A stretch of DNA of 64,000 bases, taken from Carcharhinus longimanus (lineage: Eukaryota). The position numbers were made by a program, and so were the translations under genes. The stretch spans positions 93,551,368 through 93,615,367 of the forward strand of contig JASCQW010000072.1 of the NCBI GenBank assembly GCA_030264375.1. The letters run 5' to 3'. Below the pieces are notes generated by a model. It saw only the letters and a program-made list of their open reading frames with translations, did no database searches and had not been told where the DNA came from. Numbering within the stretch: the first letter of the stretch is position 1; each line of letters opens with the position of its first letter. Positions 12,322 to 24,640 of this stretch are shown here, piece by piece.

Positions 12322-13261
12322 AACTCGATCGCTGGCCAGCCCTGAGACTCCACATCACCGGCTCCCTGCCCTCCCCACAGCCGGATCGCTGGATCCCCAA
12401 TCATTCCCAGGCCAGGCACACCCTTCCCCACCTCCCCCGCCGCCCAACCCTCTAGGAAGCCCCGATTGCCCAGCTATCACTCCAGCAGGGTTGGACCGCT
12501 AATTTCCCATTAGTGGGGAGTAAGTGTAATTCCAGCTGGAGCGAACTGCTCTGCTGGGGGGTTGAGGGGAAGCAGTGGGGAGGTGGGGAGATGCTAGAGG
12601 GCCTGGAGATTAAAGTCCCAGGTCCACTCATTGCATTTAACTTATAATAAATGGCCTTGGTGCCTCCCCGCTGATTTCCAGTGTGGAGCCGACATCTCCA
12701 GAAATCCGGCACTAGGCAATGCTATCAGAGCTGGAACGCATGCACAAATCCTGCGAATTGGCCTGTGCAAGAATCTCCCGGTTCACCGTACTAAAAAATT
12801 AGTGCAGTGGGAGAGGAGAATCACCCCCATTGTACATGTTCAATAAGCAGAAAACAATACAGAAATCAAAACTTGTTTCACCCACCCAGGTAGCAGCCAT
12901 TTGTACAATGTTGCTTTATTAATAATGAGACTGTCTATCTCGCCTTTAAAATCTGTTCAGCATATGTAAGATTCAGCTTTTGCCAATGCAATTAACAACT
13001 AGCTACCACATCTATTTTCACTTTCTTATATTTTGCTTGAACAAGCTTTTTGCAATCATGCCAACTCTTTCCCTAACAGGAATGAGTTGAGGCAAATCCA
13101 TCGCAGTGTTTAAGAGTTAACTGCAGAGATCTGGGCTAATTTCATTCTTTCAAAGCCAACAGTAGTCGTGAAGCCATAATAAAGCTCTTTTTTCCACAGA
13201 GTGGCAAGGAGGAATTGATCCTATGCCCGGTCTTGGCGTTGCTATTATATTAATATACTAA

Positions 13262-14055
13262 GGGCGATTCTCCCAGGCTGGGACACTCAAGCAGAGGCCG
13301 TGTTATGGGCTTCCCACTTGGTGCCATGGTCTATGCGCATCGCTGGCCGCTGGATTCCTGGCATTGTCAGCTCCGCTCCCGAAATTGGCGCGGAGCTGAA
13401 TAAATTATGGTAAAGTTGATTTCCATCTCTCCCGTAGATTTCCGTCAATCCCCACCCACCCTCCTCCATCCCTCCCCACCAGGAGGGTTTCACTCCAGCG
13501 AGGTTTACAACAGCTCCCCACAGGCGTGGAGCTGGCAGCCCCACCCTGCTGGAGTGAAGGGCACCCATGGAGGCCCCTCAGGGCGTCAGGGGTAAGGGGG
13601 ATGCCCTCCAGGCATTGCCAACTTGGCAGTGTCAACCTGGCGCCCTGCCATTACTCAAATGGCAAAAACATCGTGCAGTGCCGGTGGGGTGGGACCAGAG
13701 GGGGCAGGGCCTGATAGGGGCGGGNNNNNNNNNNNNNNNNNNNNNNNNNNNNNNNNNNNNNNNNNNNNNNNNNNNNNNNNNNNNNNNNNNNNNNNNNNNN
13801 NNNNNNNNNNNNNNNNNNNNNNNNGGTGGGGAGGGGGGGGGGTAAACATTACATTTTGCCCTGATCGGGGGCGCCTCGCTTTCAGCACATCTGATGTGTT
13901 TAGACCCTGCCGCTCAGCATAACTGCACGGAACACACCCCCTTGTATTTTCCTGACAAAGTGCTGTAGAACAAACCTACCTGTTTCTTTGGAGGGAAACA
14001 CGCCAGTTTTCAGTCAGACCCCAACACTTCACCAATTATTGGCAAGATTCCATCC
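13262..14055. mobile_element. Non-autonomous Harbinger-like DNA element
   Basis: gggcgattctccca ... ggcaagattccatcc ends; right end is the reverse complement of the 45597 left end (aaacacgccagttttc...ccaacac). Confidence 0.55.
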
Positions 14056-14084
14056 AAAGAAATGTAGAAAATGTTATTTATTTA

Positions 14085-14371
14085 TTGATTTATTAACGTC
14101 ACAAGTAGGCTTACATTAACACTGCAATGAAGTTACTATGAAAATCCCCTAGTCGCCACGCTCCAGCGCCTGTTTGGGCACACTAAGGGAGAATTTAGCA
14201 CGGCCAATGGGTCTAACCAGCATGTCTTTCGGACTGCGGGAGGAAACTGGAGCACCCGGAGGAAACCCACGCAGAGACTGGGAGAACTTGCAGAGTCCAC
14301 GCAGACAGTGACCCAGGCCGGGACTCGAATTGCTGCTATGAAGCAGCAGTGCTGATCACTGTGCCACCGTG
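14085..14371 (-). mobile_element. V-SINE, tail type A
   Basis: Near full-length reverse copy. Confidence 0.9.
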
Positions 14372-14947
14372 ACATATGTCACATTTTGCCTCAACCAAAA
14401 TTGCATTGTCAGAGATAAAGATTCGTCGTGTCTCATCCAATGAAAGTCCTTTGAAGTCAGCCCATTTGTATAAATATCAGCTGCTTTTGACTCCAAAGCT
14501 CCTTCCCTCAAATAAAATTTCCTGAGCTAACTGTTAACAATCCCTTTGCTTTATTGCCCGTCACTTTCTATGCCACAGCGAACAGATACCTGAGCCCGAA
14601 ACTTGTTATCATTACTGTCACTTATCTTCTTACACAAACACTGTGAGCATCAGAAAGCAAGCCATTCTTCCCCAGTACAAACTTCAAAGCCACTCTGTTT
14701 ATACTGGAGAGTCTCAGTGCTCCTTGATCAAAGAATTAGATCCTTTGCCTCTCCAAAATTCATTACAGACGATGTATATTTCAGACTATGTTCATTTGTC
14801 ATGTTGCACTCTGTGGTGCTTCAATAAAGTTACACGTAGTGAGAGTTACACATAGTCCGAGAGGTTTTACTTGGCTATTGGCCCCTCAATGTCCATTGGC
14901 TGAAAGGCCTTACACAGTGACCTTTCTGTTTTATATTATTTATGGAT

Positions 14948-15420
14948 CCACATAGATGTTTACAGCAGGGAAACAGGCCCTTTGGCCCAACTTGTCCATA
15001 CTGCTCAGTATTTACCCCTAAGCTAGACTTAAATTGCCCGCATTTGGCCCATATCCCTCTATACCCGTCTTACCCATGTAACTGTCTAAACGCTTTTCAA
15101 ATGACAAAATTGTACCCCCCTCTACTACTACCTCAGGCAGCTCGTTCCAGACGTTCACCACCTTCTGTGTGAAAAAATTCCCCCTCTGGACACTTTTGTA
15201 TCTCTCGCCTCTCACCTTAAACCTATGCCCTCTAGTTTTAGGCTCCCCTACCTTTGGGGAAAAGCTGTTGACTATCTAATCGATCTGTGCCCCTCATTAT
15301 TTTGTAGACCTCTATAAGATCCCACCCCTAAGCCTTCTACGCTACAGAGAAAAAAATCCCAGTCTATCCAGCCTCTCCTTATAACTTAAACCATCAAGTC
15401 CCCGGTAGCGTCCTAGTAAT
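14948..15420 (-). mobile_element. CR1/HER1 LINE 3' end
   Basis: RGERYKSVQRGNFFTQKVVNVWNELPEVVVEGGTILSFEKRLDSYM. Confidence 0.92.
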
Positions 15421-15879
15421 ACATTGTAGCATTAAATAATGTCCTCCTCATCTGGCCCCTGAACACCCACCCACATCCCCCCCCACCCCCCCTCACCTTT
15501 CAGTTTCCAGTACAGTTGACAGGGATCTGAATAGTGAGCTAGGGGCAATTTGCAGTTTCAACGTTTGGTGCTGGAGTCTAGAAAAAACAAACTGACTATA
15601 ATAAAAAATATCTCGGATTTCAACAGGATATTGGACAGGGGAGGGAATTAATTCCAAATATCAGTGTTGACTGGCCAATGAAGGAGTGTTTTGCTTTGAT
15701 TATTAGTTTAACTTTGTAAATCCCATTCAATTCCAGTTGACACACGCACTGGGCACGTCCTGGGTCATTCGCAACACTGGCATTGTTCCCTCGCTGAAGT
15801 TATTCACTCAGCTCGGAATGCTCCAAGTAAAATTAATTTATCTGGTCATCTGCAATCTTACGCAGCTCAGCATGATGAG

Positions 15880-16321
15880 GTATGTCTCGGTGATCTGTGG
15901 GTACGCACAGAAACCGCAGCTCAGTGGGGTCGGGGGGGGGGGCGCGGAGAGTGGGGTGGAGATCGAAATGGGCCGGGGGTGTTGGTGGCTGAGGCCAGTG
16001 TCACGGGATGGGGGGGATGGTCTGTGAGGTAGCTGGACAACAATCAAGCTGGCCAGTGATCAGGAGGTCAGCAATGCTGTGCTACTGTGATGTGCCGATC
16101 TTTGCTTTGATAAACCAGGGCATGTGCAGTGGCCTGCTCAGCGCTATGCTGTCAACCTCTTCGGCAGGAATAGGCCCAGCCCACAGCTTTTTAATGAGAG
16201 TCAAGCTGGGGCTCTCTGTGAGTATAGGAGATTCAATTTGAAAATCCCTTTGAGAAAAACCAGTGTGATTTACTCCAGTTTTTACGCAAATTGAGCTTTT
16301 TTTTTGGGGAAAATCCCACCC
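15880..16321. mobile_element. Partial Harbinger-like non-autonomous element
   Basis: Reverse-complement similarity to 11650-11940; ends gggaaaatcccaccc. Confidence 0.55.
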
Positions 16322-16969
16322 TCTGTGTCCTGTGAGCTTGAGGCAAAGAAAGGAGGAGGCAGTAGTTGAGCATTTGTTAAGTCCCTTCTTAATTGGAACT
16401 AAAGTGGCTGTGACGAAGGTGAAGGTGTGAGTGGCAAAGATTTCCGTGCTAGTGACACTTTGACTAAATCCAGTATGAAAGCCCGCATCAGGGGAATGGC
16501 TGCATTAAGTGATTATAGATAATATAGTACTGGCTCAACAGGAGGTTATCTTTGGGTCAGAGGTTAACACATCCAGCAAAGCTTGCTGACTGCAGGTGTG
16601 GGAGGAAGTGCCACGAAGGAAAACTGTCACAAACCGACAGATCAGGCCAGAAGACTGACAATCAAAAGATCACCAAAGGGCATTAAATGAAACCCACGCT
16701 GCAGAATTTTAAATCATGTCAACACACTTATTGGTCCCAAAATTCAGGGGGTGGAAGGGAGTTGACAGCAAAAGGTTGAAAGTGTAGTTCTGCAAGCTGT
16801 ATCACTAGCAGAGTTATTGGAAAATGACAGAGATCTGGTTACACTGGGTTCTACCATTTTTATAAGTTAGTCCACTACTTACAAGGCAAATGACAGCTGG
16901 GGTACAAACCTGGGGAGAATGGGCTTGATAATTCTCAAATCATCATTCCTTAGACTGTGGTGAGATCCA

Positions 16970-17096
16970 GGGCAGAATTTTCCTGTCCTGCCCACCATGG
17001 GGATTGCAACAGGTGGATCAAGATCATGCAAAGATCCTTTGATCTCGGGCAGGATTTTCAGGTCTTGGGACAAGCGCAGCTGAAAAATCCTGCCCT
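16970..17096. mobile_element. ~125-bp MITE
   Basis: gggcagaattttcc ... gaaaaatcctgccc TIRs. Confidence 0.8.
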
Positions 17097-17564
17097 GGTC
17101 CAGTGTTTCCGTGGCAGCCAATATACCAAGTGAGTTGGGGGTATTTTGGATTAAGCACTAGGATACATGTGGCCCCCACTGGTCAGGCTAGGCCAGGGCA
17201 GGAAGATGGAAGTGAAGAGACTCACACTCCCACTGGACTGTCACCGCCAGGGATCTTTCACAGAAAACTTCCCTGGGTCTCTACATGGCCATCACCTTCC
17301 AAACAAGTCTTCAGCCAGGCCCACCAACACTGCCAAAGACAGAGAGGTGATGTGAACCAAGGTAGGTGTTAGAGCTGGGAGCAAGCTTGTTGCAGAAAGG
17401 TTGGTGAAGGCAGGAACAAATGATAATTAAACATATTACAAGTGAACAAAAGTGCTGATATCAAACCTGACAAATTGATATAAGCTGGATATGTAAAAGT
17501 TATTCAATGAGAGAGTATTAAATATGTTATTGGACAGTGCAATAAATTTTTAATCTTGTTAAAA

Positions 17565-18570
17565 TTCATTTATGCGATGTGGGTGTTGCTGTTGGGTCAG
17601 TATTTATTGAATCAGTTGTGCTTTTATAACAATAATTTCATGGTCATCCCTAGACTTTGTTAAGACCAGATCAGAAACGCTAAGGTACATGATAAAGTTA
17701 GCATCGACCCCAAGCTTGATTTTGAATTTGATTTTGGCATTAGTGTGAGCATAAGGTGTTTTACTATTGACCCACTAGGAACTTTTATAAAACAAACTTT
17801 AACAATACAGTTAAAATGTACCAAAAAGAATTAGCATAACTTTTACCAATTGAAATGCTGAAACATGACAAAATATAATTTTTAACAGCTAGCCATCTCT
17901 ATTGTTCCAATTTAAGCAGTATCCCCAAGACATACATCCTTCTGCAGAATCAGTTAGCACAAAACCAGATATGCTTTTGTGGGTGCAAGGTAGTGGTCTT
18001 CTAATTCCCAAACAGCAGCCTCCAGGGAAAGATCTATCTTCAAACAGCAAAACTTCAGAGAAAGAGAGTTATTTTCTGACAGAGCCCATTCACTAAATCC
18101 AAAGAGAGGGCAAGAGAGTGAAAGAAAGAGCGACCTTTCTCTAAAGATCCCATGCAGCAACTGAGCTTGTCTTCCCCTGTAAGCCGAACCCTGCATAGTC
18201 ACATGACTTTCCTGCCAATTAACTAATCAAACACTACTCTGAAACAGCCCAGAGGAAAACATTAAAACAACAGAACTGCATTAGTCCAGGTTATATCAAA
18301 CAATCCAACAATTAGGACCAGTTATACTTCTTCAGCATCAAAATGTAGCTCTGTAGACAAAGCAGCATCGATAAATTTTGCTGAAATAAAAATCCTGCAC
18401 AAGAAACATGACTCAAATACATTGTTTAAAGGCACAGTATTGTCACAACTTTTAATTCCAGATTTTTATTGAATTCAAATTTCATCAACTGCCATGATAA
18501 TATTTGAACCCGGGTTCCTGGAATTAACTCTGGGTCTCTGGATGACTAGTCCAGTGACAATATCACTGTG
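17565..18570 (-). mobile_element. SINE family B split by a solo LTR
   Basis: ...catggtcatccctagactt resumes as actttaattccagatttttattgaattc after the 790-bp insert. Confidence 0.8.
17658..18447. mobile_element. Solo LTR (Gypsy-like)
   Basis: TGT...ACA termini with exact 4-bp TSD ACTT (17654-17657, 18448-18451) inside a SINE. Confidence 0.8.
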
Positions 18571-18891
18571 CCTTCACTCAAACTGTTAACTGTAGTCAGT
18601 GGATGCAATGGGAGCAGATCATCAGGTGGAACTCATTTCTCAGGATGCATCTCCGATATTGCAGCAAATTCTGTCCTGAACAAAGGAAATACTAACATTT
18701 AAAGACCTCATCCATTTCAGTTCATTGGCTGAGGTAAATAATGCCCAGACATTCAAAATTTCTTCAGTGGTAAACTACCACATCTTTCACTGAGTGCCCA
18801 TTAAAGAGGTCTTAACAAGCAACATTGGATTAATTCAGAAATATTTTATATTGAATTTTACTCACCCTTTTGCCTCTCAAGTAAAGCACAG

Positions 18892-19185
18892 CGGCACGGC
18901 AGCACAATGGTTAGCACTGCTGTCTCACAGCGCCAGGAACCTGGGTTCAATTCCTGACTTGTGTCACTGTCTGTGTGGAGTCTACATATTCTCCCAGTGC
19001 TTGCATGGGTTTCCTCCTCGTGCTCTGGTTTACTCCCACAGTCCAAAAAACATGCAGGTTAGGTGCATTTGGCCATGCTAAATTCTCCCTCAGTGTACCC
19101 GAACAGGCGTCAGAATGTGGTGACTGGGGGATTTTCGTAGTAACTTCATGGTGGTGTTAGTGTAAGCCTACTTGTGACTAATAGA
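18892..19185 (+). mobile_element. V-SINE, tail type A
   Basis: Full head, V-core and tail. Confidence 0.9.
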
Positions 19186-20074
19186 ATTAATTTAGCAACA
19201 ATTGCTCCTTTGGTCACCTTTGTTGAATTGCAATTTGTCTAGAGCAATTTTTCACCATTGAAAGCAGCTATATAGGGAAATGATGCAACATTATCTCCAT
19301 CAGTGTTCGGCAACTTTCACCTTTGCGTCACAACAAATTGTCATAGTTTAATTCATTTACCCAAATTCAAATTATGATAATAATATCACCATCCCAAGAG
19401 GTCAGTCACTCATCACTCCAACTTCACATATAACAGTAACCCATGTGAAATTAAATGTAAATAGTTCCTCAGGTGGGATTGCCCAGCAACCTTTCCAGTG
19501 TTGGCATGGAGTGGACAGGACAGGACAGGCAGTTCTACTTAACATTTAGCTTGTGTTTAATGGTGTTAGAGTCAGTTGTGCAAATCAGATTTGTGCCACT
19601 CCTAAACTAATAGCAACTTCAAACTGATCTCTGCAATAGAATGGCACAAACAAATAATATTTGACCTTTTTGAAATTATTGAATTATAATCCTGTACCAA
19701 GGCAAAGGTGCTAAATGACTACATTCAATTTTGGAAAATGCTGAGTCAATGGTTTCTCGCAAGTGCACTTCAAAACACGTGATAGTCATCACTGATTCAA
19801 TACAATGTCCAGAATGCAACTCATGATATAAGGTCTAGAGAACTTTGTTGTTTGAAACTGTGACAAATGAGTGCTTTATAAAGGCTACTTACTGACAGTT
19901 CCTTTTGGAAATGGTGCAAAATAAGGATTTTGAATATTGCCGAATCATGGTTGAAATGGGTTTTGAAAAAAAAAGTAAGTCCTTAAAAGGTCCTGAATTT
20001 ATAAGACTGGACTGTTTGTAATTTTGTCACCAACCAATGTTTATTGATCCTCTCATGTTCTTTGTTCTAAATGT

Positions 20075-20232
20075 TGGGCGGGGTTTTCCGGCTGCACTCA
20101 CCCTAAAACCGGAATATCCCGCCCGAGGTGAACGGATCTTTTTATGGTCTGGCCCCTCCCCTCACCTCTCCTCCCCACCCCACTGCCCCACTCGGCTGCT
20201 ACGATTCCTATGGCAGGCAGGATAGGAAAATT
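20075..20232. mobile_element. MITE
   Basis: gggcggggttttccgg ... ggaaaattg; same family as 5766. Confidence 0.7.
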
Positions 20233-22058
20233 GTCTCATTTTGTGTGGCTCACTCCACTGTTTCAACACTCAGCTATATTAAATATGTTTAGCTGAAATA
20301 TTTGGAAGATAATGGATATGCTTTGGCTAGCAGCAGAACAGTGGTCAAGTTGAGGAGTTTACATCATGCTCTAAACTACAAGAATTACGTTTGAACATTG
20401 ACATACATGGCTAACTTAAGCCAGTGTTTATATATTACATTTGAAGTGCAGTGACTGCATTTGTATGTACTCCTGTGGAATTGCTTACAATGAGGGTTGG
20501 CGTTTTATTAGAACACAGGACATTGTAAAAAGGAGTATTATTGGAGATTTATGATTAAAGGCAGACTTGGAAAATGAGCTTAGGATCCAGGGGTGCTGTA
20601 ATAAGGGGCATTACTGTGAAGCGGCCCTTTGATCTGGGATCACCACAGGGATGATTCTGGGAACGTTGAGACAGCCCCCTGCATCTGTGATCTGCAAGAG
20701 CTCCCACAATGTGGAAATATTTGGGTCATGGGTGATTGTGTCTGACTCCATTTGGGGTGGTCATGTTCTTCATGGAGTACTGAAGCGCGGTGTCGGGGGT
20801 TGTAAGCATTACAAAGGAGGCTCTGAAATTTGGAAGTAGAGGAAAGCCAAAGTTGCAAGAACAGCTTACATTATATCACACCTTTAATGTACGAATGTAT
20901 CAATACTAATGTCATAATGTGCTTTACATGCATTTGTGCATGGGACTAAGTGAAAGGTGGGCAAGAATCAAGAACGGGGCCATTCCTTGAGGTAAGCCTC
21001 TGGCATTATATCTAAGAGTTTAAAGGCCATTGAACTTTTAGTCCTCTTGTTTTAAAGTTAAGACCAGAACATCCTCACTATTGTAGCCACACTCCCTTTG
21101 ATCAGTTCACAATTCACATAATTGCACAGTTTAAAACACTGCTCACTTAATGCCAGTATCCCTTGCCTCCTTCTGTGAGACTGGAGGTCCATTGCTCGAG
21201 AAATCTTTGATTCCTGTGCTCTGAATTATTTTCACGCAGCAGATGGGTGTAAGTCTTTTATTGAGTTTTGGGGAGTGTGATCACAGGCCTGTTAAAATAT
21301 TATGACAAGAACATTGTTAAGATGTGACTGACATCATGTCTGAATGGAGGAAGGCAGCCTTGCAACTCAGTGACTAAGGGTCTCTGCTGTAAGCTAAAAC
21401 ACTCACTCCACTTGTATGATGTAATTTATTTTGCAAAAATTACATTCTCTCTGACACTCTGCAGCCAAACAAAAATAGGGCAATTCATTCATCTACCAAA
21501 AGATGTGGCAATTCTCTTCTTTTCTAAGTGGGGTATTGTAGTTTCTGAAATACATCGTTTTGAGGTATAATATGCTGGATTTTTATCTTTCTATATGGAT
21601 AGAGACATCAAGCTAACTTCAGTTCAACTGTTTTATTAGGCAGGCACTAAAGGGAATTTGCTGCATCCCAACACTAAAATGAGTTTAATTTATTGTGCCA
21701 TGTTTTTTGTGGTGTTATATAAATATTCAACATTTTGCTTTGGCTCCAGGGTTGGGGAGGCATAGGAAATGACGTTAGATATTAGAGCATCAGCAATGCT
21801 CTGCACCAACACCAAGTGTGATGCTTAGAAAGAGTGTTTGGAAAGACTGTCCCTCAGGGTTGATGGTCCATAATGTCATGCCTTTTTTTTGTTCTTTCAT
21901 ACTTACTGTGAGATTGATAGCCGTATTTCTGTACCCCATCAAGCTGCTAGATGTTTCTGCAAATCTGAATAATTATCCATTTCTTTCCACTCAGCACAGT
22001 AGAATTTTAACTGTCATTGAAGGTCACCTTGGCTGTGGGCAGTGGGTTAAATCCCTGG

Positions 22059-22362
22059 TGGCATAGTGGCACAGTGATTAACACTGCTGCCTCATAGTAC
22101 CAGGGATCCAGGTTCATTCCCAGATTGGGTCACTGTCCGTGCAGAGTTTGCACACTTTCCCTGTGTTTACGTCAGTTCTCTTCAGGTTTTTCGGCTTCCT
22201 CTCACAATTCAAAAGACGTGCTGGCTAGCTGCATTGGCCATGCTAGATTCTTCCTCAGTGTACCTGAACAGGTGCCGGAGTGAGGTGATTAGGGGATTTT
22301 CATTGTAACTTCATTGCAGTGTTAATGTAAGCCTATTTGTGACACGAATAAATAAACTTTAA
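22059..22362 (+). mobile_element. V-SINE, tail type A
   Basis: Full-length, tail taacttcattgcagtgttaatgtaagcctatttgtgac. Confidence 0.9.
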
Positions 22363-22571
22363 AATAACTTCAAAATTTTAAAAACTTTTCAGGAATGCAA
22401 CCATAATGTTAAGTGAAAACTTGCTATAATAAGCAAACAGGTGATTAACTTTGAATTTTATCCTACATTTGGGCTTTTACAGCCAGCATACTGGTTCCCC
22501 AAGTGTACTCCATCTTTCTGAGCTTGCTAAGGTGCGTGCAGAATCACACACTTCATAATCTACATTATCTG

Positions 22572-22833
22572 GAATCCATAGAGCCCCTGCAGTACAGAAG
22601 GAGGCCATTCAGCCCATCAAGCACACGCTGTCAACAAGCCAGCCCTATTCCCATAACCCCATGTATTTACTGCCCTAGTCCTTCTGACACTAAGGGCCAA
22701 TTTAGCATGGCCAATCAACCTTACCTGCATATCTTTGGACTATGGGAGGAAACTGGAGCACCCAGNNNNNNNNNNAACCCAGGTCCCTGGGTGCTGGGAG
22801 GCAGCAGTACTAAGTTCTATGCCACCGTGCCAC
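22572..22833 (-). mobile_element. HE1 V-SINE with CR1/HER1 tail
   Basis: catagagcccctgcagtacagaaggaggccattcagcccatc then core and head. Confidence 0.85.
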
Positions 22834-22924
22834 CCTATCAGGAGAGTTTTATCAGTAAAATTGACAGGCTGGGAAGCATGAATACAGCAAAAGTTAGGAG
22901 CTCACCATGTTTTGTTTAGGAGTG

Positions 22925-23140
22925 TGCCCTGTTCGGGTACACTGAGGGAGAATTTAGCATGGTCAATGCACCTAACCAGCACATCTTTCAGACAGTGGGA
23001 GGAAATTGCAGCATCTGGAGAAAATCCATGCCAACATGGGGAGAATGTGAAAATTCCTCACAGATAATGATCCTAGCCAGGAATGGAACCTGGATCCCTG
23101 GCTCAGTAATGCAGCAGTGTGTTAACCACTGTGTGCCAAC
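22925..23140 (-). mobile_element. V-SINE type A, 3'-truncated
   Basis: cctgttcgggtacactgagggagaatttagc...gttaaccactgtg. Confidence 0.85.
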
Positions 23141-23149
23141 GTGCATATA

Positions 23150-23460
23150 GATTGAATCAATGGATGTGAGGCTGATTTGAGTGATGAACTGGGCAATGTT
23201 CACAATCTTTTGTAGTTTATTGTGGTCTTCGTCAGAGTAGAAGCCATATCAAGCTGTGATATAACCAGAAAAGATGTTTTCTATTGTGCATCTGTAGAAA
23301 TTGGTGAGAGTCATAGTGGACAATTTCCTCAGCCTCCTCAGAAAATAGAGGCGTTGATGGACTTTTTAACTATAGCGTCCGAGTGAAAAGACCAGGGCAG
23401 ATTGCTGATGATCTGAACACCTGGAAACTTGAAGCTCTCGACCATATCCACTTCATCTAC
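23150..23460 (-). mobile_element. Rex1/Babar-type LINE fragment
   Basis: Minus strand VHQRLYFLRRLRK...TLTNFYRCTIENIFSGYITA*YGFY. Confidence 0.85.
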
Positions 23461-23689
23461 TTCATTCTCTATGGCAGAAAGTGGAAAGTAGTGTTCAGAA
23501 AGGCTGCTGCTGTTCTTAATTCACATTAATGATACAACGGAAGATCAACTTTTCCCGCTATTTTCCTTTAACTAAAATTCTCAAAAGTGTTAATGCATAC
23601 TGAAAATGAAAAGAAAGTCACAAGCAACTATAAAGAAATTTTAAAGGTTGAAATGTACACAGATATCTTATACATAATTGTGAACCCTC

Positions 23690-23915
23690 TAGTGTTGTGT
23701 ATACAGTTTTGGTCTCCTTATTTAAGAAAGGATATTAATGCATTAGAAGTGGTTCAGAGAAGGTTCACTGGGATGTGGTGGATCATCTAATGAAGAAAGG
23801 CTGGGCAGGGTGGGCCTATAGTTTAGGAATAGATGGAATGTGGAGCTATGACCATAATTGAATGGCAGATCAGGCTCGAGGAGCTGAATAGCCGGCACCT
23901 TCTCCTAATTTGTAC
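23690..23915 (+). mobile_element. CR1 LINE fragment plus tail
   Basis: CIQFWSPYLRKDINALEVVQRRFTG; tail ggctcgaggagctgaatagcc. Confidence 0.85.
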
Positions 23916-24174
23916 AGTTGTGAAACAATCTCTCATTGCTAAAATGGTGGAGGAAGAGGATGGATTGTTCTGTTTGCTAACCGTACACCTTCATTCACAA
24001 TATTGAATTTAAAACATTGCCACTGATGGTAGCTGCAGCAATTTTACTTCCAAGTTTTCCATAAGCATGGAAAACTATTTTTTAGTAGGTTCTCTTTCTT
24101 TCTTTTGTGTTGATGCAGTCTTTAACTGTGGAAGCCCGAACGTTAAATTACTGTACTTCACTATCCACTGCACT

Positions 24175-24238
24175 CAAGCTTTTGGAATGAGGCTCCTTCA
24201 TCAGATGAGTGTTCATCAGCAGTGCTGCAAAAGCTCAT
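24175..24238. mobile_element. Penelope fragment with decayed hammerhead
   Basis: Minus strand ctgatgaaggagcctcattccaaaagcttg; opposite arm cagcagtgctgcaaaagctc. Confidence 0.55.
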
Positions 24239-24409
24239 NNNNNNNNNNNNNNNNNNNNNNNNNNNNNNNNNNNNNNNNNNNNNNNNNNNNNNNNNNNNNN
24301 NNNNNNNNNNNNNNNNNNNNNNNNNNNNNNNNNNNNNNNNNNNNNNNNNNNNNNNNNNNNNNNNNNNNNNNNNNNNNNNNNNNNNNNNNNNNNNNNNNNN
24401 NNNNNNNNC

Positions 24410-24640
24410 ACCCCCCCCAAATAAATACAGACATTCTTAATCCCCTCAAAAAAATAGCCACTCTCCTGACAACTCTCCCCATAAGTATTACCTTCCTCAT
24501 GAGACTCTCCCATTAATAGACATTTTGCTGATATATCCTATAAATAGACTCTCCTGAGACCCCCTCCCCATAAATGTTCACACACTCCTGAGACTCTCCC
24601 ATAAATAGAGACACTCCACTGAGACCCCCACCCCCGCCAT
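24410..24640. repeat. Degenerate ~30-bp minisatellite
   Basis: Recurrent actctcctgagactctcccataaatag(a) units next to a gap. Confidence 0.7.

Larger units (their letters stand above)
11650..12828. mobile_element. Non-autonomous Harbinger-like DNA element interrupted by a Penelope insertion
   Basis: Ends ggccggaattctcc / ggagaatcacccc; GC-rich interior; left end resembles 16240-16321 (rc) and 63328. Confidence 0.6.

Noticed and set aside
20500-20850. Possible old L1/Tx1 fragment
   Set aside because: Purine-rich and TE-like, but no diagnostic motif could be read
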